NCBI GenBank assembly: GCA_902510655.1
Contig: CABXBY010000001.1
Coordinates: 29,398-93,397 of the forward strand
DNA from: an uncultured Bacteroidota bacterium
GTDB lineage: Bacteria; Bacteroidota; Bacteroidia; Flavobacteriales; Flavobacteriaceae
Reading direction: 5' to 3'
DNA: 64,000 nt
Part shown: positions 11,319 through 23,431 of the stretch, one piece after another
Numbering within the stretch: the first letter of the stretch is position 1
Layout of the letters: each line of letters begins with the position of its first letter
The notes under the pieces: generated by a model
Told to the model about the DNA's origin: nothing
What the model saw: the letters and a program-made list of their open reading frames with translations, nothing else
The model's database searches: none
Position numbers and translations under genes: made by a program

Positions 11319-11958
11319 AAATTTAATTAAGATTTCTAAAACAATTCCTGATAATGTTTTAATCGTAGCTGTAAGTAAAACTAAACCGATAAATTACATC
11401 AAATCAGCTTATGTTCACGGCCACCGTGATTTTGGTGAAAACAAAGTGCAGGAATTGGTAGAAAAACATGATTCTCTTCCAAAAGATATAAACTGGCACA
11501 TGATTGGTCATTTACAAAGAAACAAAGTTAAATACATAGCTTCATTCGTTAATCTAATCCACAGTGTTGATAGTTATAGATTACTTTTTGAAATAAACAA
11601 ACAAGGATTTAAAAATAATAGGGTTATTGATATTTTAGTACAAATTGACATATCTAATGATAATACAAAGTTTGGTTTTACTTATTCTGAATTTGATGAG
11701 TTAATTAAGTTAAATAAATTGAAAAGTTTAAAAAATATCAAATTAAAGGGAATGATGGGTATGGCCTCTTATACAACTGATTTGTCTTTAATTGAAAGAG
11801 AATTTAATGATCTTAATAAATATTTTAAAAAATATAAATTTAATTTAGAATTAGATGTCCTTTCAATGGGTATGAGCTCAGATTATGAAATAGCTATAAA
11901 ATATAATAGTAATATGATTAGATTAGGAAGCACTATTTTTGGAACTAGAATTAAATAA
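11305..11958 (+). CDS. yggS: YggS family PLP homeostasis protein
   Basis: AVSKTK, FGENKVQE, WHMIGHLQRNK, LSMGMSSDY, RLGSTIFG. Confidence 0.95.
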   Translation: MEIVKNLIKISKTIPDNVLIVAVSKTKPINYIKSAYVHGHRDFGENKVQELVEKHDSLPKDINWHMIGHLQRNKVKYIASFVNLIHSVDSYRLLFEINKQGFKNNRVIDILVQIDISNDNTKFGFTYSEFDELIKLNKLKSLKNIKLKGMMGMASYTTDLSLIEREFNDLNKYFKKYKFNLELDVLSMGMSSDYEIAIKYNSNMIRLGSTIFGTRIK

Positions 11959-11967
11959 TTAGTAAAA

Positions 11968-13245
11968 TTGTATTCAATATTAGACGTAGAAACAACTGGT
12001 GGTAAATTTAATGAGGAAGGAATTACAGAAATTGCGATTTACAGGTTTGATGGGGAAAAAATAGTTGATCAATTTGTAAGTTTAATAAATCCTGAAATCC
12101 CTATTCAACCCTTTGTTCAGCAATTAACGGGCATAAATGATAAAATGCTGATTAATGCACCTAAATTTTTTCAAATTGCAAAAAGAATTTTAGAAATTAC
12201 TGAAAACTCTATTCTTGTAGCTCACAACTCTTCATTTGATTACAGAATGTTAAAAATTGAATTCGAAAGACTTGGATATCAATTCAATATTTCACAGCTA
12301 TGTACTGTAAAACTTTCAAAAAAATTAATTCCTGATTTAAAATCTTATAAACTTGGAAACTTAGTAAAAAACTTAGGAATACCTATTTCAAATAGACATA
12401 GAGCATCTGGTGATGCATTAGCAACTGTAGAATTATTTAAGCTACTTCTTTTAAAAGACAATGAAAAAATTATAGTAAATAGTTTAATAACAGAAACAAA
12501 ATCAAGTTCAAAAAATAAATGGCAAAAATTGATAAATAAATTGCCAAACGATGTAGGGATATACTATTTCCATGATCAAAATGGAAAAATAATATACATA
12601 GGAAAGAGCAACAACATAAAAAATAGAGTTAATCAGCATCTAACTGGAAAATCTAAAAAATCATTAAATATTCAATTAGAAGCTTTTGATATTACATTTG
12701 AAAGAACAGGTAGTGAATTAATTGCCCTATTGAAAGAAAATACTGAAATTAAGAAGCATAAACCAAAGTTTAATAAGCTTTTAAAAAAAATTATTAAAAA
12801 ATTCTGTTTAGAAATATGTGAAAACTTTGAAGGTGATAAATATTTAAGAATATGTCATTATGATGACACAATAAATTATTTAGAATGTTATTCATCATTA
12901 AAAACAGCTAATAATAGACTAGAGTTTTTTAAAAAAAAATATGAACTAAGTGACTCAATCAAAAAAAATAATATAAATATTAATCTATTGATAAAAGACT
13001 TAAGTTATAAATTCAAAAACATGTTACTAGTTGATAAAGGAAGAGACATTGATGAAAAAAGTGTTATTGTAGTAAAAAACAATAACTATATTGGATATGG
13101 GTTTTTTACTCTTAATCATCAAATCAGTAACTTTGATGTTTTAGATTCGTTGATAGTCAAAAATGAACATATTGAAAATTCTAAGGAGGTTATACTTAAA
13201 TATTTAAAAAAACATAAAATTGAAAAACTAATTAATTTTGATTGA
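11968..13245 (+). CDS. DEDDh exonuclease (DNA pol III epsilon-like) fused to GIY-YIG domain
   Basis: LDVETTG, VAHNSSFD, HRASGDA, then GIYYF...IYIGKSNNIKNRVNQH. Confidence 0.9.
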   Translation: MYSILDVETTGGKFNEEGITEIAIYRFDGEKIVDQFVSLINPEIPIQPFVQQLTGINDKMLINAPKFFQIAKRILEITENSILVAHNSSFDYRMLKIEFERLGYQFNISQLCTVKLSKKLIPDLKSYKLGNLVKNLGIPISNRHRASGDALATVELFKLLLLKDNEKIIVNSLITETKSSSKNKWQKLINKLPNDVGIYYFHDQNGKIIYIGKSNNIKNRVNQHLTGKSKKSLNIQLEAFDITFERTGSELIALLKENTEIKKHKPKFNKLLKKIIKKFCLEICENFEGDKYLRICHYDDTINYLECYSSLKTANNRLEFFKKKYELSDSIKKNNININLLIKDLSYKFKNMLLVDKGRDIDEKSVIVVKNNNYIGYGFFTLNHQISNFDVLDSLIVKNEHIENSKEVILKYLKKHKIEKLINFD

Positions 13246-14164
13246 TAATAAGCTAAATAAAAAATTAATTACTATCTCTGGCCCTACTGCTTCTGGAAAA
13301 TCAAAATTAAGTTTAGATCTTGCTTTAAAACTAAATTGTTCAATAATTTCCTCAGATTCAAGACAGTTTTATAAGGAGATGAAAATCGGAACCGCAGTAC
13401 CTTCAAAAATTGAATTATCTAAAGTAAAACATTACTGTATTCAACATAAATCTGTAATAAATAATTACACTGTAAACGATTTTCAAATTGAAGCGTTAGA
13501 AATTATAAAACATGAATTAAAAATTAATGATCATATTATAATGGTTGGTGGTTCGGGTATGTACATGGACGCAGTAACTCACGGGATGGATACATTTCCC
13601 AATATTAGTTCTGAAGTTAGCAAAATAGTTAACTCAAATTACAAACTTTTAGGAATTAAATATTTACATGAAAAATTAAGTGAATTAGATCCTGAATATC
13701 TATTAACTGTAGATATTAATAATCATAGAAGGTTGATTAGAGCCCTTGAAGTATCATTGAGTTCAAACAAACCATATTCATCCTATCTTGGAAATAAAAA
13801 AATAAATCACAATTTTCAAATAATTAATACTGCAATTAAAATCGATCGAGCTACTCTTTATGAAAGAATTAATAATCGAGTTGATGAAATGATAAATAAA
13901 GGTCTTTTAAAAGAGGTTAAAGGTTTATTAAAATATAAAGATTTACGTAGCCTAAATACAGTTGGTTACAAAGAGTTATTTCTTTTTCTTGAAAATAAAA
14001 TTTCCCTAGAAATTGCAATTAATGAAATTAAAAAAAACTCGAGAAGATATGCTAAGAGACAAATGACTTGGTTAAGAAAAAAAAAGGATATTATATGGAT
14101 TGAAAATAATATAAATTCCGATGATTTATTAAAAATTATACATCAAAGTAATTTAAAATATTAG
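13238..14164 (+). CDS. miaA: tRNA dimethylallyltransferase
   Basis: [35 protein letters not shown]. Confidence 0.96.
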   Translation: MIDNKLNKKLITISGPTASGKSKLSLDLALKLNCSIISSDSRQFYKEMKIGTAVPSKIELSKVKHYCIQHKSVINNYTVNDFQIEALEIIKHELKINDHIIMVGGSGMYMDAVTHGMDTFPNISSEVSKIVNSNYKLLGIKYLHEKLSELDPEYLLTVDINNHRRLIRALEVSLSSNKPYSSYLGNKKINHNFQIINTAIKIDRATLYERINNRVDEMINKGLLKEVKGLLKYKDLRSLNTVGYKELFLFLENKISLEIAINEIKKNSRRYAKRQMTWLRKKKDIIWIENNINSDDLLKIIHQSNLKY

Positions 14165-15083
14165 TTTCAATTCTTTTATCTAGTCCATTCAGTTCTTCTT
14201 TAACAAATTCTAAACCAGTTATTTTTTCATATAATTCTATATATCTATCTGACACCCCTTTTATGTAATCTTTAGACATTTCTGGAATTATTTGATTTTC
14301 TTTTCCTTGAAATCCATTGGAAATCAACCATTGTCTTACAAATTCTTTAGATAATTGTTTTTGTGGGAGTTTAGAATTTTGTAAATCTAAATAACTATCT
14401 AAATAAAAATACCTTGATGAATCGGGGGTGTGAATCTCATCAATTAAAATAATTTGACCGCTTTTATTTTTTCCAAATTCATATTTTGTGTCAACAAGTA
14501 TTAAACCTTGATTTTTAGCTATTCTAGATCCTTCTTTAAATAACTTTAACGAAAAATCTTCCAGTTTTAAATAATCCTCCTCATTTACAATATTATTCAA
14601 AAGTATTTCTTCTCTTGAAATATCTTCATCATGAGATCCATTATCCGCTTTAGTGGTAGGTGTTAAAATTGGATTTACAAATTTGTCATTTTCAAACATG
14701 CCGTCAGGCATATCAACTCCACATATTTTTCTTTCACCAGATTTATAAAGTCTTGCAGCATGGCCTGACAAATATCCTCTAACAACCATTTCAACTTTAA
14801 AAGGTTCGCATGCTTGTCCAATCGAAACGTTTGGATCTGGAGAAGAAATAAGCCAATTTGGAACTATGTGGGATGTAGCATCAAGCATTTTACAAGCAAT
14901 TTGATTTAAAATTTGACCCTTGTAAGGAATTCCTTTAGGAAGAACAACGTCAAATGCAGATAATCTGTCTGTTGATATCATTACTAAAACATCATTTTTA
15001 AATTTATAAACTTCCCTAACTTTTCCAGAATACTTAGAAAGCTGATTTGGAAAATTAAAATTTGTTTCAGTTAATGTGTTCAT
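14136..15083 (-). CDS. purC: SAICAR synthetase
   Basis: [42 protein letters not shown]. Confidence 0.96.
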   Translation of the reverse strand: MNTLTETNFNFPNQLSKYSGKVREVYKFKNDVLVMISTDRLSAFDVVLPKGIPYKGQILNQIACKMLDATSHIVPNWLISSPDPNVSIGQACEPFKVEMVVRGYLSGHAARLYKSGERKICGVDMPDGMFENDKFVNPILTPTTKADNGSHDEDISREEILLNNIVNEEDYLKLEDFSLKLFKEGSRIAKNQGLILVDTKYEFGKNKSGQIILIDEIHTPDSSRYFYLDSYLDLQNSKLPQKQLSKEFVRQWLISNGFQGKENQIIPEMSKDYIKGVSDRYIELYEKITGLEFVKEELNGLDKRIETNILNYFDV

Positions 15084-15088
15084 ATTAA

Positions 15089-16039
15089 TTAATTAGAGTG
15101 TTCAGTATTTTTATAGGCTTCTATAATTCTTTTAACAACTTGATGTCTAATTACATCAGAATCATCGAGATATATCATTTTTATACCCTCAATATTTTTA
15201 AGGACTAAGTTAGCTTCTTTTAAACCTGACATTACTCTTCTTGGTAAATCAATTTGACCCGGATCTCCGTTAATCATAAACTTAGCATTAACCCCCATTC
15301 TTGTTAAAAACATTTTCATTTGATTATGAGTAGTGTTTTGGCCTTCGTCAAGAATAACAAAAGCATTGTCAAGAGTTCTTCCTCTCATATAAGCCAATGG
15401 TGCTATTTCTATAACTCCCCTTTTCAAATAATCATCAAGTTTATCTGTGTCAATCATTTCTTTAAGAGCATCATATAAAGGTTGCATATATGGGTCTAAT
15501 TTATCTTTCATGTCACCAGGCAAAAAACCAAGGCTCTCACCTGCTTCAACTGCTGGTCTAGTTAAAATAATTTTTTTTACAATTTTATCCTTTAAAGCCT
15601 TGACAGCTACTGCAATTCCAGTATAGGTTTTCCCCGTTCCTGCAGGACCAATTGCAAAAACCATATCATTATTAATAAATGCATCAACAATTTTAATTTG
15701 ATTTATTGTATGAGCTTTAATTCTTTTCTTACCAACCCCATGTAATATTAACTTTCCTCTAAGTGAACTAATTAGTTTTTCACCTTGACCAGACATTATC
15801 GAAGTAATAGTTTTATCATTGATACTATCGTTATCTTTCATAATCATGATCAATGAATCTAATCTTATTCTTAACTGAATTATTAAAGCCTCGTCTCCAT
15901 TAGCGACAATTCTATCCCCTTTTATAATAATTTTAATTGAGGGAAAATTATTTTTAATAATTTTTACAACATCAAAATTTTTTTTATCAAAAAACTCTAC
16001 AGGATGAATGTCTTTTATAAAATATTCTAGTTTTTTCAA
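15089..16039 (-). CDS. PhoH family protein
   Basis: [41 protein letters not shown]. Confidence 0.94.
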   Translation of the reverse strand: MKKLEYFIKDIHPVEFFDKKNFDVVKIIKNNFPSIKIIIKGDRIVANGDEALIIQLRIRLDSLIMIMKDNDSINDKTITSIMSGQGEKLISSLRGKLILHGVGKKRIKAHTINQIKIVDAFINNDMVFAIGPAGTGKTYTGIAVAVKALKDKIVKKIILTRPAVEAGESLGFLPGDMKDKLDPYMQPLYDALKEMIDTDKLDDYLKRGVIEIAPLAYMRGRTLDNAFVILDEGQNTTHNQMKMFLTRMGVNAKFMINGDPGQIDLPRRVMSGLKEANLVLKNIEGIKMIYLDDSDVIRHQVVKRIIEAYKNTEHSN

Positions 16040-16115
16040 ATTACTTATGTTTTATTAAAGGCATATTGTAAATTTATATAATTTTTAGCCTTAAATATTA
16101 TTTTATTATCATTAA

Positions 16116-16946
16116 ATGAGTGTTATAACTTTAACAACAGATTTTGGAACTAAAGATCATTATGTTGGCTCTGTAAAAGGTGCTTTATTTAATGAATTAG
16201 AAAACGTAAATATCGTTGATGTTTCTCACAATATATCTCCATTTAATATAGTAGAGGCAGCTTATATTATTGAAAACAGTTATAAAAATTTTCCTGAGGG
16301 TTCTATTCACATCATTGGAGTTGATTCTGAAAAAACAATAGAACAAAGTCATTTGGTAATAAAGTTAGATAATCATTTTTTTATTTGTGCTAACAATGGA
16401 ATTATGTCTTTACTTGCATCAAAAATAAATCCTGAAAAAATTATTGAGATTAATATTCATAACGATAAGATTACTACATTCTCAGTGATTGATGTTTTTG
16501 TGAAAATCGCAGCACATATATACAGAGGCGGTTCAATAGATTTAGTTGGAAATCAAATCTATGAATTAAAAGAATTATATAATTTAAACCCTATTTTAAA
16601 TGAAAAATCTAACGAAATTTCAGGAAATGTAATATATGTAGATAATTACGATAATGTAGTTACAAATATTTCTAAAAAAATTTTTATTGAGTTTGGCAAA
16701 TCAAGATCTTTTGAAATTAATGCTAGAAATTACATATTTAAAGAAATTGTTGGGTCATATGGAAATGCTATAAGATTCGATATTAAAAAAGAAAATAGGA
16801 AAGAAATTGGTAAGAAAATAGCACTTTTTAATAAATCTAATTACCTGGAATTATCTATATACAAAAGTAATCCTCAAACTTTTGGAGGTGCAGCTAGCTT
16901 ATTTGGACTAAATTACAGAGATGTCATAACTATAAAATTTAATTAA
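16116..16946 (+). CDS. SAM hydroxide adenosyltransferase / chlorinase-fluorinase family (DUF62)
   Basis: ITLTTDFG, FPEGSIH, ANNGIMS, YVDNYDNVVTNI, GGAASLFGL. Confidence 0.88.
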   Translation: MSVITLTTDFGTKDHYVGSVKGALFNELENVNIVDVSHNISPFNIVEAAYIIENSYKNFPEGSIHIIGVDSEKTIEQSHLVIKLDNHFFICANNGIMSLLASKINPEKIIEINIHNDKITTFSVIDVFVKIAAHIYRGGSIDLVGNQIYELKELYNLNPILNEKSNEISGNVIYVDNYDNVVTNISKKIFIEFGKSRSFEINARNYIFKEIVGSYGNAIRFDIKKENRKEIGKKIALFNKSNYLELSIYKSNPQTFGGAASLFGLNYRDVITIKFN

Positions 16947-17015
16947 CCAGTGTTAATAAATATGTTTTATTTTAACAATAGTTTCTAATATATTTATTGA
17001 ATATTAATATACTTT

Positions 17016-18134
17016 ATGAAATTTATAGCATCAAGCTCATTATTACTAAAAAACATTCAGATTTTAGGTGGTATTTTAAATACTAATAATACTCTGCCTA
17101 TTTTAGATTATTTTTTATTTGATATTTCTGAATCTGTACTAAAAATAACTGCTTCAGATTTAGAAACCACTCTTAGTGCCGAAATTAAAATTGAATCCGA
17201 AGATAATGGTTCAATAGCTGTTCCAGCTAAGTTGTTAATAGATACTTTAAAAACATTTCCAGAACAGCCACTTACATTTAATGTTTTAGAGAACAATACA
17301 ATAGAAATAAGTTCAAATCATGGGAAATACGCTTTAGCTTATGCTAAAGGAGAAGAATTTCCGAAAACATTGCCTATAACAGATCCTAATAACTCTTCTA
17401 TTTCTTCGAAGGTTTTATATGAAGCTATAAACACTACTATTTTTGCTTCCGGAAATGATGATTTAAGGCCAGTTATGAGTGGGGTCTTTTTTCAATTTTC
17501 GAGTGAAAACTCAACTTTTGTAGCAACAGATGCTCATAAATTAGTAAGATATGTAAGAACTGATTATAAATCTGATAAACTTGTTGAGTTTATAATGCCA
17601 AAAAAGCCTTTAAATATTTTAAAAGGCATTTTAGCCACAAATGAATTTGAAGTGAAAATTGAATTTAATGAAAGTAATGCAAAATTTACTTTCTCAAATT
17701 TATCTTTGACCTGTAGATTAATTGACGGAAAGTATCCAAACTATGAAGCTGTAATTCCGAAAGAAAATCCAAACGTTTTAACTATTGATAGATCATTATT
17801 TTTAAACTCTACTAAAAGAGTAAGTATTTTTTCTAATAAAACAACACACCAAGTAAGACTTAAAATAACTGGAAATGAACTTATTATTTCTGCTGAAGAT
17901 TTAGATTATAGTAATAAAGCTGAGGAAAGATTAATTTGTAACTATAATGGTGATGATATGCAAATTGGTTTTAATTCAAGGTTTTTAACTGAAATGTTAT
18001 CCAACTTAAATTCTGATGAGGTTAAATTAGAATTATCTCTTCCAAATAGAGCAGGAATTCTTACACCAATAAATTCTGGTTCAGATGCTGAAAAAATTAC
18101 TATGCTTGTTATGCCAGTTATGCTAAATAACTAA
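17016..18134 (+). CDS. dnaN: DNA polymerase III beta clamp
   Basis: [40 protein letters not shown]. Confidence 0.97.
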   Translation: MKFIASSSLLLKNIQILGGILNTNNTLPILDYFLFDISESVLKITASDLETTLSAEIKIESEDNGSIAVPAKLLIDTLKTFPEQPLTFNVLENNTIEISSNHGKYALAYAKGEEFPKTLPITDPNNSSISSKVLYEAINTTIFASGNDDLRPVMSGVFFQFSSENSTFVATDAHKLVRYVRTDYKSDKLVEFIMPKKPLNILKGILATNEFEVKIEFNESNAKFTFSNLSLTCRLIDGKYPNYEAVIPKENPNVLTIDRSLFLNSTKRVSIFSNKTTHQVRLKITGNELIISAEDLDYSNKAEERLICNYNGDDMQIGFNSRFLTEMLSNLNSDEVKLELSLPNRAGILTPINSGSDAEKITMLVMPVMLNN

Positions 18135-19711
18135 AGATAATAATCTGTTCTAATGAAATGTGATTTTTTAGAATCAATCATTTCTCTTAAAATTCCTTTA
18201 TTTAATTCATTGTCTTTTGAAGCAACAAATGTTCTTATTGAGAATGATCTAAGTGCATCGTGTACACTTAATGTAGCTACCGCAGAATCTTTTCTTCCAG
18301 TAAATGGATAAATATCTGGTCCCCTTTGACAAGCACTATTTAAGTTAACTCTACAAACTAAATTTACCATAGAATCAATTATTGGACCTAATGTGTCAAC
18401 ATCTTTTCCGAAAATACTAACTTGCTGACCATAATTAGAGGCAGACATATCTTTAATAGGAGTTGAAATTTCAGAAAATGAAATTACCGGAATTACAGGA
18501 CCAAACTGTTCTTCTTTATAAACATTCATATCCTTAGTTACTGGATATAAAACAGCTGGAAAGACAAAATTCTTTTGTTTATTCCCACCTTTGTTATTTA
18601 ATATTTTTGCACCTTTATCAATAGCATCATCAATTAAATCAGAAATATATTTAGGCTTAGCCGGCTCAGGCAAAGGAGTTAATAATGTGTTTTCCCATGG
18701 AAGCCCTAGCTTTAACTCATCAACAGCTTTGACAAATTTAGATAAGAACTCATCTTTAATTTCTTCATGAACGTATAATATTTTAAGAGCTGTACATCTT
18801 TGGCCATTAAACGATAATGTTCCTGAAATACATTCTTTAACAGTTAAGTCAATATCTGCATCTTTTAAAATTATTCCTGGATTTTTTGCTTCTAAACCTA
18901 AAACTAATCTTAATCTATTTTTTTGAGGATGTAAATCTTGGAGGGATATAGCTGATGAACTGTGGCCAATTAAGGCTAATACGTCAACTTTACCGCTTTT
19001 CATAATTGGAGTGGCTATCTCCCTTCCTCTTCCAAAAACTATATTTACAACACCAGCTGGAAAAGATTCTTTAAAAGCATCTAATAATGGTGCAATTAAT
19101 AAAACCCCATGTTTTGCTGGTTTAAATATTGTTGTATTTCCCATTATAATGGCAGGTATCAGTAATGCAAAAGTTTCATTTAAAGGGTAGTTATATGGAC
19201 CTAAACATAATACTACACCAAGTGGACCTCGTCTAATTAAAGCTCTTACACCTGATTTATTTTGAAAAGTAGCTCCCTTTCTGTCAATTCTTTTATACTC
19301 AAGAATTGTATCATTTATGTATTCTACTGTTCTATCAAATTCTTTTCTTGAATCATTTAAATTCTTTCCAATTTCCCACATTAAAAGTTTAACAATCTCT
19401 TCTCTTTTAGTTTTCATTTTTTCTACAAAAGATTCCATGCACTGAATCCTTTCATAAACCTTCATAGTAGGCCAAACACCTTGTCCATAATTAAACGCAG
19501 TGTGAGCAGCATCTAATGCTTTTAAAGCATAATCCCCTGACATTTCTGGCGTATTTCCAATAAGTAATGGCTGGTCATCATTATTACTACAAAGTAATGT
19601 AGAATAAACTTGGGTTTGTTTTCCATCCCAATTGCTTATTTGTCCATTAATCAAATATTCATTATGATTAATTACATTATTAATTTGATATTCTTTTGGA
19701 ACCGTATTCAT
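18131..19711 (-). CDS. gapN: NADP-dependent non-phosphorylating glyceraldehyde-3-phosphate dehydrogenase (ALDH family)
   Basis: [50 protein letters not shown]. Confidence 0.88.
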   Translation of the reverse strand: MNTVPKEYQINNVINHNEYLINGQISNWDGKQTQVYSTLLCSNNDDQPLLIGNTPEMSGDYALKALDAAHTAFNYGQGVWPTMKVYERIQCMESFVEKMKTKREEIVKLLMWEIGKNLNDSRKEFDRTVEYINDTILEYKRIDRKGATFQNKSGVRALIRRGPLGVVLCLGPYNYPLNETFALLIPAIIMGNTTIFKPAKHGVLLIAPLLDAFKESFPAGVVNIVFGRGREIATPIMKSGKVDVLALIGHSSSAISLQDLHPQKNRLRLVLGLEAKNPGIILKDADIDLTVKECISGTLSFNGQRCTALKILYVHEEIKDEFLSKFVKAVDELKLGLPWENTLLTPLPEPAKPKYISDLIDDAIDKGAKILNNKGGNKQKNFVFPAVLYPVTKDMNVYKEEQFGPVIPVISFSEISTPIKDMSASNYGQQVSIFGKDVDTLGPIIDSMVNLVCRVNLNSACQRGPDIYPFTGRKDSAVATLSVHDALRSFSIRTFVASKDNELNKGILREMIDSKKSHFIRTDYYL

Positions 19712-19725
19712 AGTTTTAATTTTAA

Positions 19726-21195
19726 TTAAACAATTGTTTTCATTGAAGTCATCGACGTTCGTAACTTTTTTCCTATAACTTCGACAGGATGAGATCTAAT
19801 AATTTCATTGACTTTAATTAATTCTGTGTTATCAATTTGTTCTGAATGAACAAAAGGCTTTCCAATGTGTTTTGATTCAATTGTATTGAAAAATTCATTT
19901 AATAACGGTTTACATGCATGATCAAACAAATAACAACCATATTCAGCTGTATCGGATATAATTCTGTTCATTTCAAATAATTTTTTCTTTGCTATTAGAT
20001 TAGCAATAAGGGGAGTTTCGTGTAAGGATTCATAGTAAGCAGATTCATCAATAATGCCCGAACTTGTCATTGTTTCAAATGCTAATTCTACACCTGACCT
20101 TATAAAAGCTACCATTAATAATCCATTGTCAAAAAACTCTTGTTCAGAAATTTCACCTTCACATGGTAAAGTTTTTTCAAATGCAGTTTTCCCAGTTTCA
20201 GCTCTCCAATTTAGCAAGTTTACATCGTCATTACTCCAGTCTTTCATCATTGTTGAGGAAAAATGTCCTGACATAATATCATCCATATGTTTGTTAAAAA
20301 GTGGTCTCATTATGTCTTTTAAATTCTCTGAAAGATTAAAAGCTTCAATTTTAGCAGAATTATTTAATCTATCCATCATGTTCGTAATTCCACCATGCTT
20401 TAATGCCTCAGTAATAGTTTCCCATCCATATTGAATTAATTTGGAGGCATATGCTGGGTCAATTCCGTTTTGCACCATTTTATTAAACGATAAGATGGAG
20501 CCTGTTTGTAAAACTCCACATAAAATAGTCTGTTCTCCCATTAAATCTGATTTAACTTCAGCGACAAATGACGACTCCAACACTCCTGCTCTATTGCCAC
20601 CAGTAGCCACTGCATAGGCTTTAGCAACTTCCATACCAATATTTTGAGGATCATTTTCAGGATGAACAGCTATTAATGTAGGAACACCAAAACCTCTTTT
20701 ATATTCTTCTCTAACTTCACTTCCTGGACATTTAGGAGCAACCATAATTACTGTGATATCCTTTCTAATCTCCATTCCCTCTTCAACTATATTAAAACCA
20801 TGTGAATAAGATAAGATTGAATTTTTTTTCATTAAAGGCATCAAACTTGTTACTACACTGGTGTGATTTTTATCTGGTGTTAAGTTTAAAATCATATCCG
20901 ATTTTGGTATCAATTCTTCTAAAGCTCCTACTACAAAATCATTTGATGTTGCGTTTATATAAGAATCTCGTTTCTCTGAAATTGCTTCCTTTCTTAATGC
21001 ATAAGAGATATCAAGACCAGAATCCCTCATGTTAAGGCCTTGATTCAAGCCTTGTGCACCACAACCTATAATAACAATTTTTTTACCAAGAAGTGCAGAA
21101 ACTCCTTCTGAAAACTCAGAGGAGTCCATGAATCTGCATTTGCCCAATTGATCAATTTTTTGACTTAGCGATAATTGATTAAAATAATTTTTCAT
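19726..21195 (-). CDS. ilvC: Ketol-acid reductoisomerase (class II, long)
   Basis: [43 protein letters not shown]. Confidence 0.97.
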   Translation of the reverse strand: MKNYFNQLSLSQKIDQLGKCRFMDSSEFSEGVSALLGKKIVIIGCGAQGLNQGLNMRDSGLDISYALRKEAISEKRDSYINATSNDFVVGALEELIPKSDMILNLTPDKNHTSVVTSLMPLMKKNSILSYSHGFNIVEEGMEIRKDITVIMVAPKCPGSEVREEYKRGFGVPTLIAVHPENDPQNIGMEVAKAYAVATGGNRAGVLESSFVAEVKSDLMGEQTILCGVLQTGSILSFNKMVQNGIDPAYASKLIQYGWETITEALKHGGITNMMDRLNNSAKIEAFNLSENLKDIMRPLFNKHMDDIMSGHFSSTMMKDWSNDDVNLLNWRAETGKTAFEKTLPCEGEISEQEFFDNGLLMVAFIRSGVELAFETMTSSGIIDESAYYESLHETPLIANLIAKKKLFEMNRIISDTAEYGCYLFDHACKPLLNEFFNTIESKHIGKPFVHSEQIDNTELIKVNEIIRSHPVEVIGKKLRTSMTSMKTIV

Positions 21196-21198
21196 AAT

Positions 21199-21732
21199 TT
21201 ATTTATCTGTGTTTAATCCAAGTAAATTGGAAATATTCATTGGTTCTTTAGAAACCGAAATTCTACCTGATCTTACAAATTGTAACAACCCGTAAGGTTC
21301 CAATTCTTTATATAATTTCTCTGTGTCATCTCTCCAACCGGTTTTTTCTATGACAAAATAATTTGGTGAAACTGTTACAATATTAGCCTGACTATTTTTA
21401 ATAATCTTTTGAATATGCTTTTCATCAAATAGTGATTTAGACTTGACTTTGTAAAGAGCTGTTTCTAGAAATATAGTTTGATCATCAGTATGATAAAAAG
21501 AAGCTATTACTTCAATTTGTTTTTCTATCTGTTTAATAATCCTTTGTATTGAAAATTCAGTTGATTTAACTACAATAACAAATCTGAATATATTATCTAT
21601 TTCGGAGGGCGATGTTGTAAGACTTTCGATATTTATATGACGTTTTAAGAATATTGCAGAAATTCTGTTTAATAAACCTATGTTATTTTCAGTGTATATT
21701 GATACGGTATATGTATTTTTTAAATCTTTCAT
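21199..21732 (-). CDS. ilvN: Acetolactate synthase small subunit
   Basis: ACT domain ENNIGLLNRIS...RHINIESL; VRSGRI. Confidence 0.93.
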   Translation of the reverse strand: MKDLKNTYTVSIYTENNIGLLNRISAIFLKRHINIESLTTSPSEIDNIFRFVIVVKSTEFSIQRIIKQIEKQIEVIASFYHTDDQTIFLETALYKVKSKSLFDEKHIQKIIKNSQANIVTVSPNYFVIEKTGWRDDTEKLYKELEPYGLLQFVRSGRISVSKEPMNISNLLGLNTDK

Positions 21733-21733
21733 A

Positions 21734-23431
21734 TTATTCTAATCTAATATCTGAAACTGAAGCACCTGTAGGAATCATTGGAAATACGTTGTCCTCTTTT
21801 TCAACAGAAACTTCTAAAAAATAAGGTTTATTAGATTTTATCATTCTATTCACAGCACCTTTCAAATTTTTTCTTTCACTTACCTTTTCAGCTTCTAAAT
21901 AATATCCTTTAGCTATAGTTACAAAATCAGGATTTACAAGCTCAGTTGAGGCATACCTTTTATCAAAAAACATTTGTTGCCATTGTCTGACCATCCCTAA
22001 AAAATTATTATTTAAAACAACAATTTTAACTGCACTACCAGTTTGAAAAATTGTTCCTAATTCTTGAATGGTCATTTGATATCCGCCATCACCAATAACA
22101 GCAACAACTTCTCTTTCAGGCGCTCCCATTTTGGCTCCAAGAGCAGCAGGAAGAGCAAAACCCATGGTACCTAATCCACCAGAAGTAATATTTGATTTAG
22201 ATTTATTGAATTTAGCATACCTGCAAGTAACCATTTGGTGCTGACCTACATCAGTTACAATAATTGCATCTCCATTAGTCGAATTGTTAATCTCTTTAAT
22301 AACCTCAGCCATAGTTAACCCATTCTTTGTTGGATTAATTTCGTTATTTATAACTTTTTTATATTCAATTTCATAATGAAACGAAAATTTTTCTAACCAA
22401 CTTTTATGAGAACTTTTATTAACCATTGATGTTAATAAAGGAATAGTTTCTTTAATGTTTCCTAAGACTGCAATATCACACTCAACATTCTTATTAATTT
22501 CTGCAGGGTCAATTTCCATATGAATAACCTTAGCTTGCTTGGCATAGGTTTCTAAATTTCCTGTAACACGATCATCAAAACGCATTCCTATAGCAATTAA
22601 TAAATCACATTCGTTAGTTAAAACGTTAGGCCCATAATTTCCGTGCATTCCAACCATTCCTACATTTAAATAATGTTCAGTTGGTAAGGCAGATAACCCT
22701 AGTATAGTCCAAGCAGATGGTATTCCTGTTTTCTCGATAAAATCCTTAAATTCATTTTCAGCTTCACCCAAAATAACACCTTGTCCAAAAACTATAAATG
22801 GTTTTTTTGATTCATTAATTAAATGACTAGCTTTTTTAATTTGATCAATTGAATAATCAGGAACTGGCTTATAACTTCTTACAGATAAACATTTATTATA
22901 CTGAAAATTCATTAATTCAAATTGAGCATCTTTTGTAATGTCTATTAAAACAGGACCTGGTCTTCCAGATCTAGCAATATAAAATGCTTTAGCCAAAATT
23001 TCTGGAATATCTTTAGCTTGAGTTATTTGACAATTCCATTTTGTAACAGGTGTAGATATACCAATTATATCAGTTTCTTGAAAAGCATCAGAACCAAGTA
23101 AATGTGATGCAACTTGACCAGTTATACAAACCATTGCAGTTGAATCTATTTGAGCATCTGCAATTCCTGTGACTAAATTAGTGGCTCCAGGACCGGATGT
23201 TGCCATTACTACACCTACTTTTCCAGAAACTCTTGAAAAGCCTTGAGCAGCATGTGTAGCTCCTTGTTCATGTCTAGTTAAAACGTGATTTAATTTATCT
23301 TGAAACTTATACAACTCATCGTATATGGGCATAATTGCTCCTCCAGGATAACCGTATATTAAATCAACACCTTCTTCGATTAGTGACCTTATGACTGCCT
23401 CTGCACCTGATATTTTATTATTATTACTCAT
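21734..23431 (-). CDS. ilvB: Acetolactate synthase large subunit
   Basis: GYPGGAI, RHEQG, TSGPGATN, GDGGYQM, NNNFLGMVRQWQ. Confidence 0.96.
   Translation of the reverse strand: MSNNNKISGAEAVIRSLIEEGVDLIYGYPGGAIMPIYDELYKFQDKLNHVLTRHEQGATHAAQGFSRVSGKVGVVMATSGPGATNLVTGIADAQIDSTAMVCITGQVASHLLGSDAFQETDIIGISTPVTKWNCQITQAKDIPEILAKAFYIARSGRPGPVLIDITKDAQFELMNFQYNKCLSVRSYKPVPDYSIDQIKKASHLINESKKPFIVFGQGVILGEAENEFKDFIEKTGIPSAWTILGLSALPTEHYLNVGMVGMHGNYGPNVLTNECDLLIAIGMRFDDRVTGNLETYAKQAKVIHMEIDPAEINKNVECDIAVLGNIKETIPLLTSMVNKSSHKSWLEKFSFHYEIEYKKVINNEINPTKNGLTMAEVIKEINNSTNGDAIIVTDVGQHQMVTCRYAKFNKSKSNITSGGLGTMGFALPAALGAKMGAPEREVVAVIGDGGYQMTIQELGTIFQTGSAVKIVVLNNNFLGMVRQWQQMFFDKRYASTELVNPDFVTIAKGYYLEAEKVSERKNLKGAVNRMIKSNKPYFLEVSVEKEDNVFPMIPTGASVSDIRLE

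Noticed and set aside
16116..16946. True halogenase (fluorinase/chlorinase)
   Set aside because: Housekeeping context beside phoH and dnaN with no biosynthetic cluster; more likely the widespread DUF62 SAM hydrolase type.
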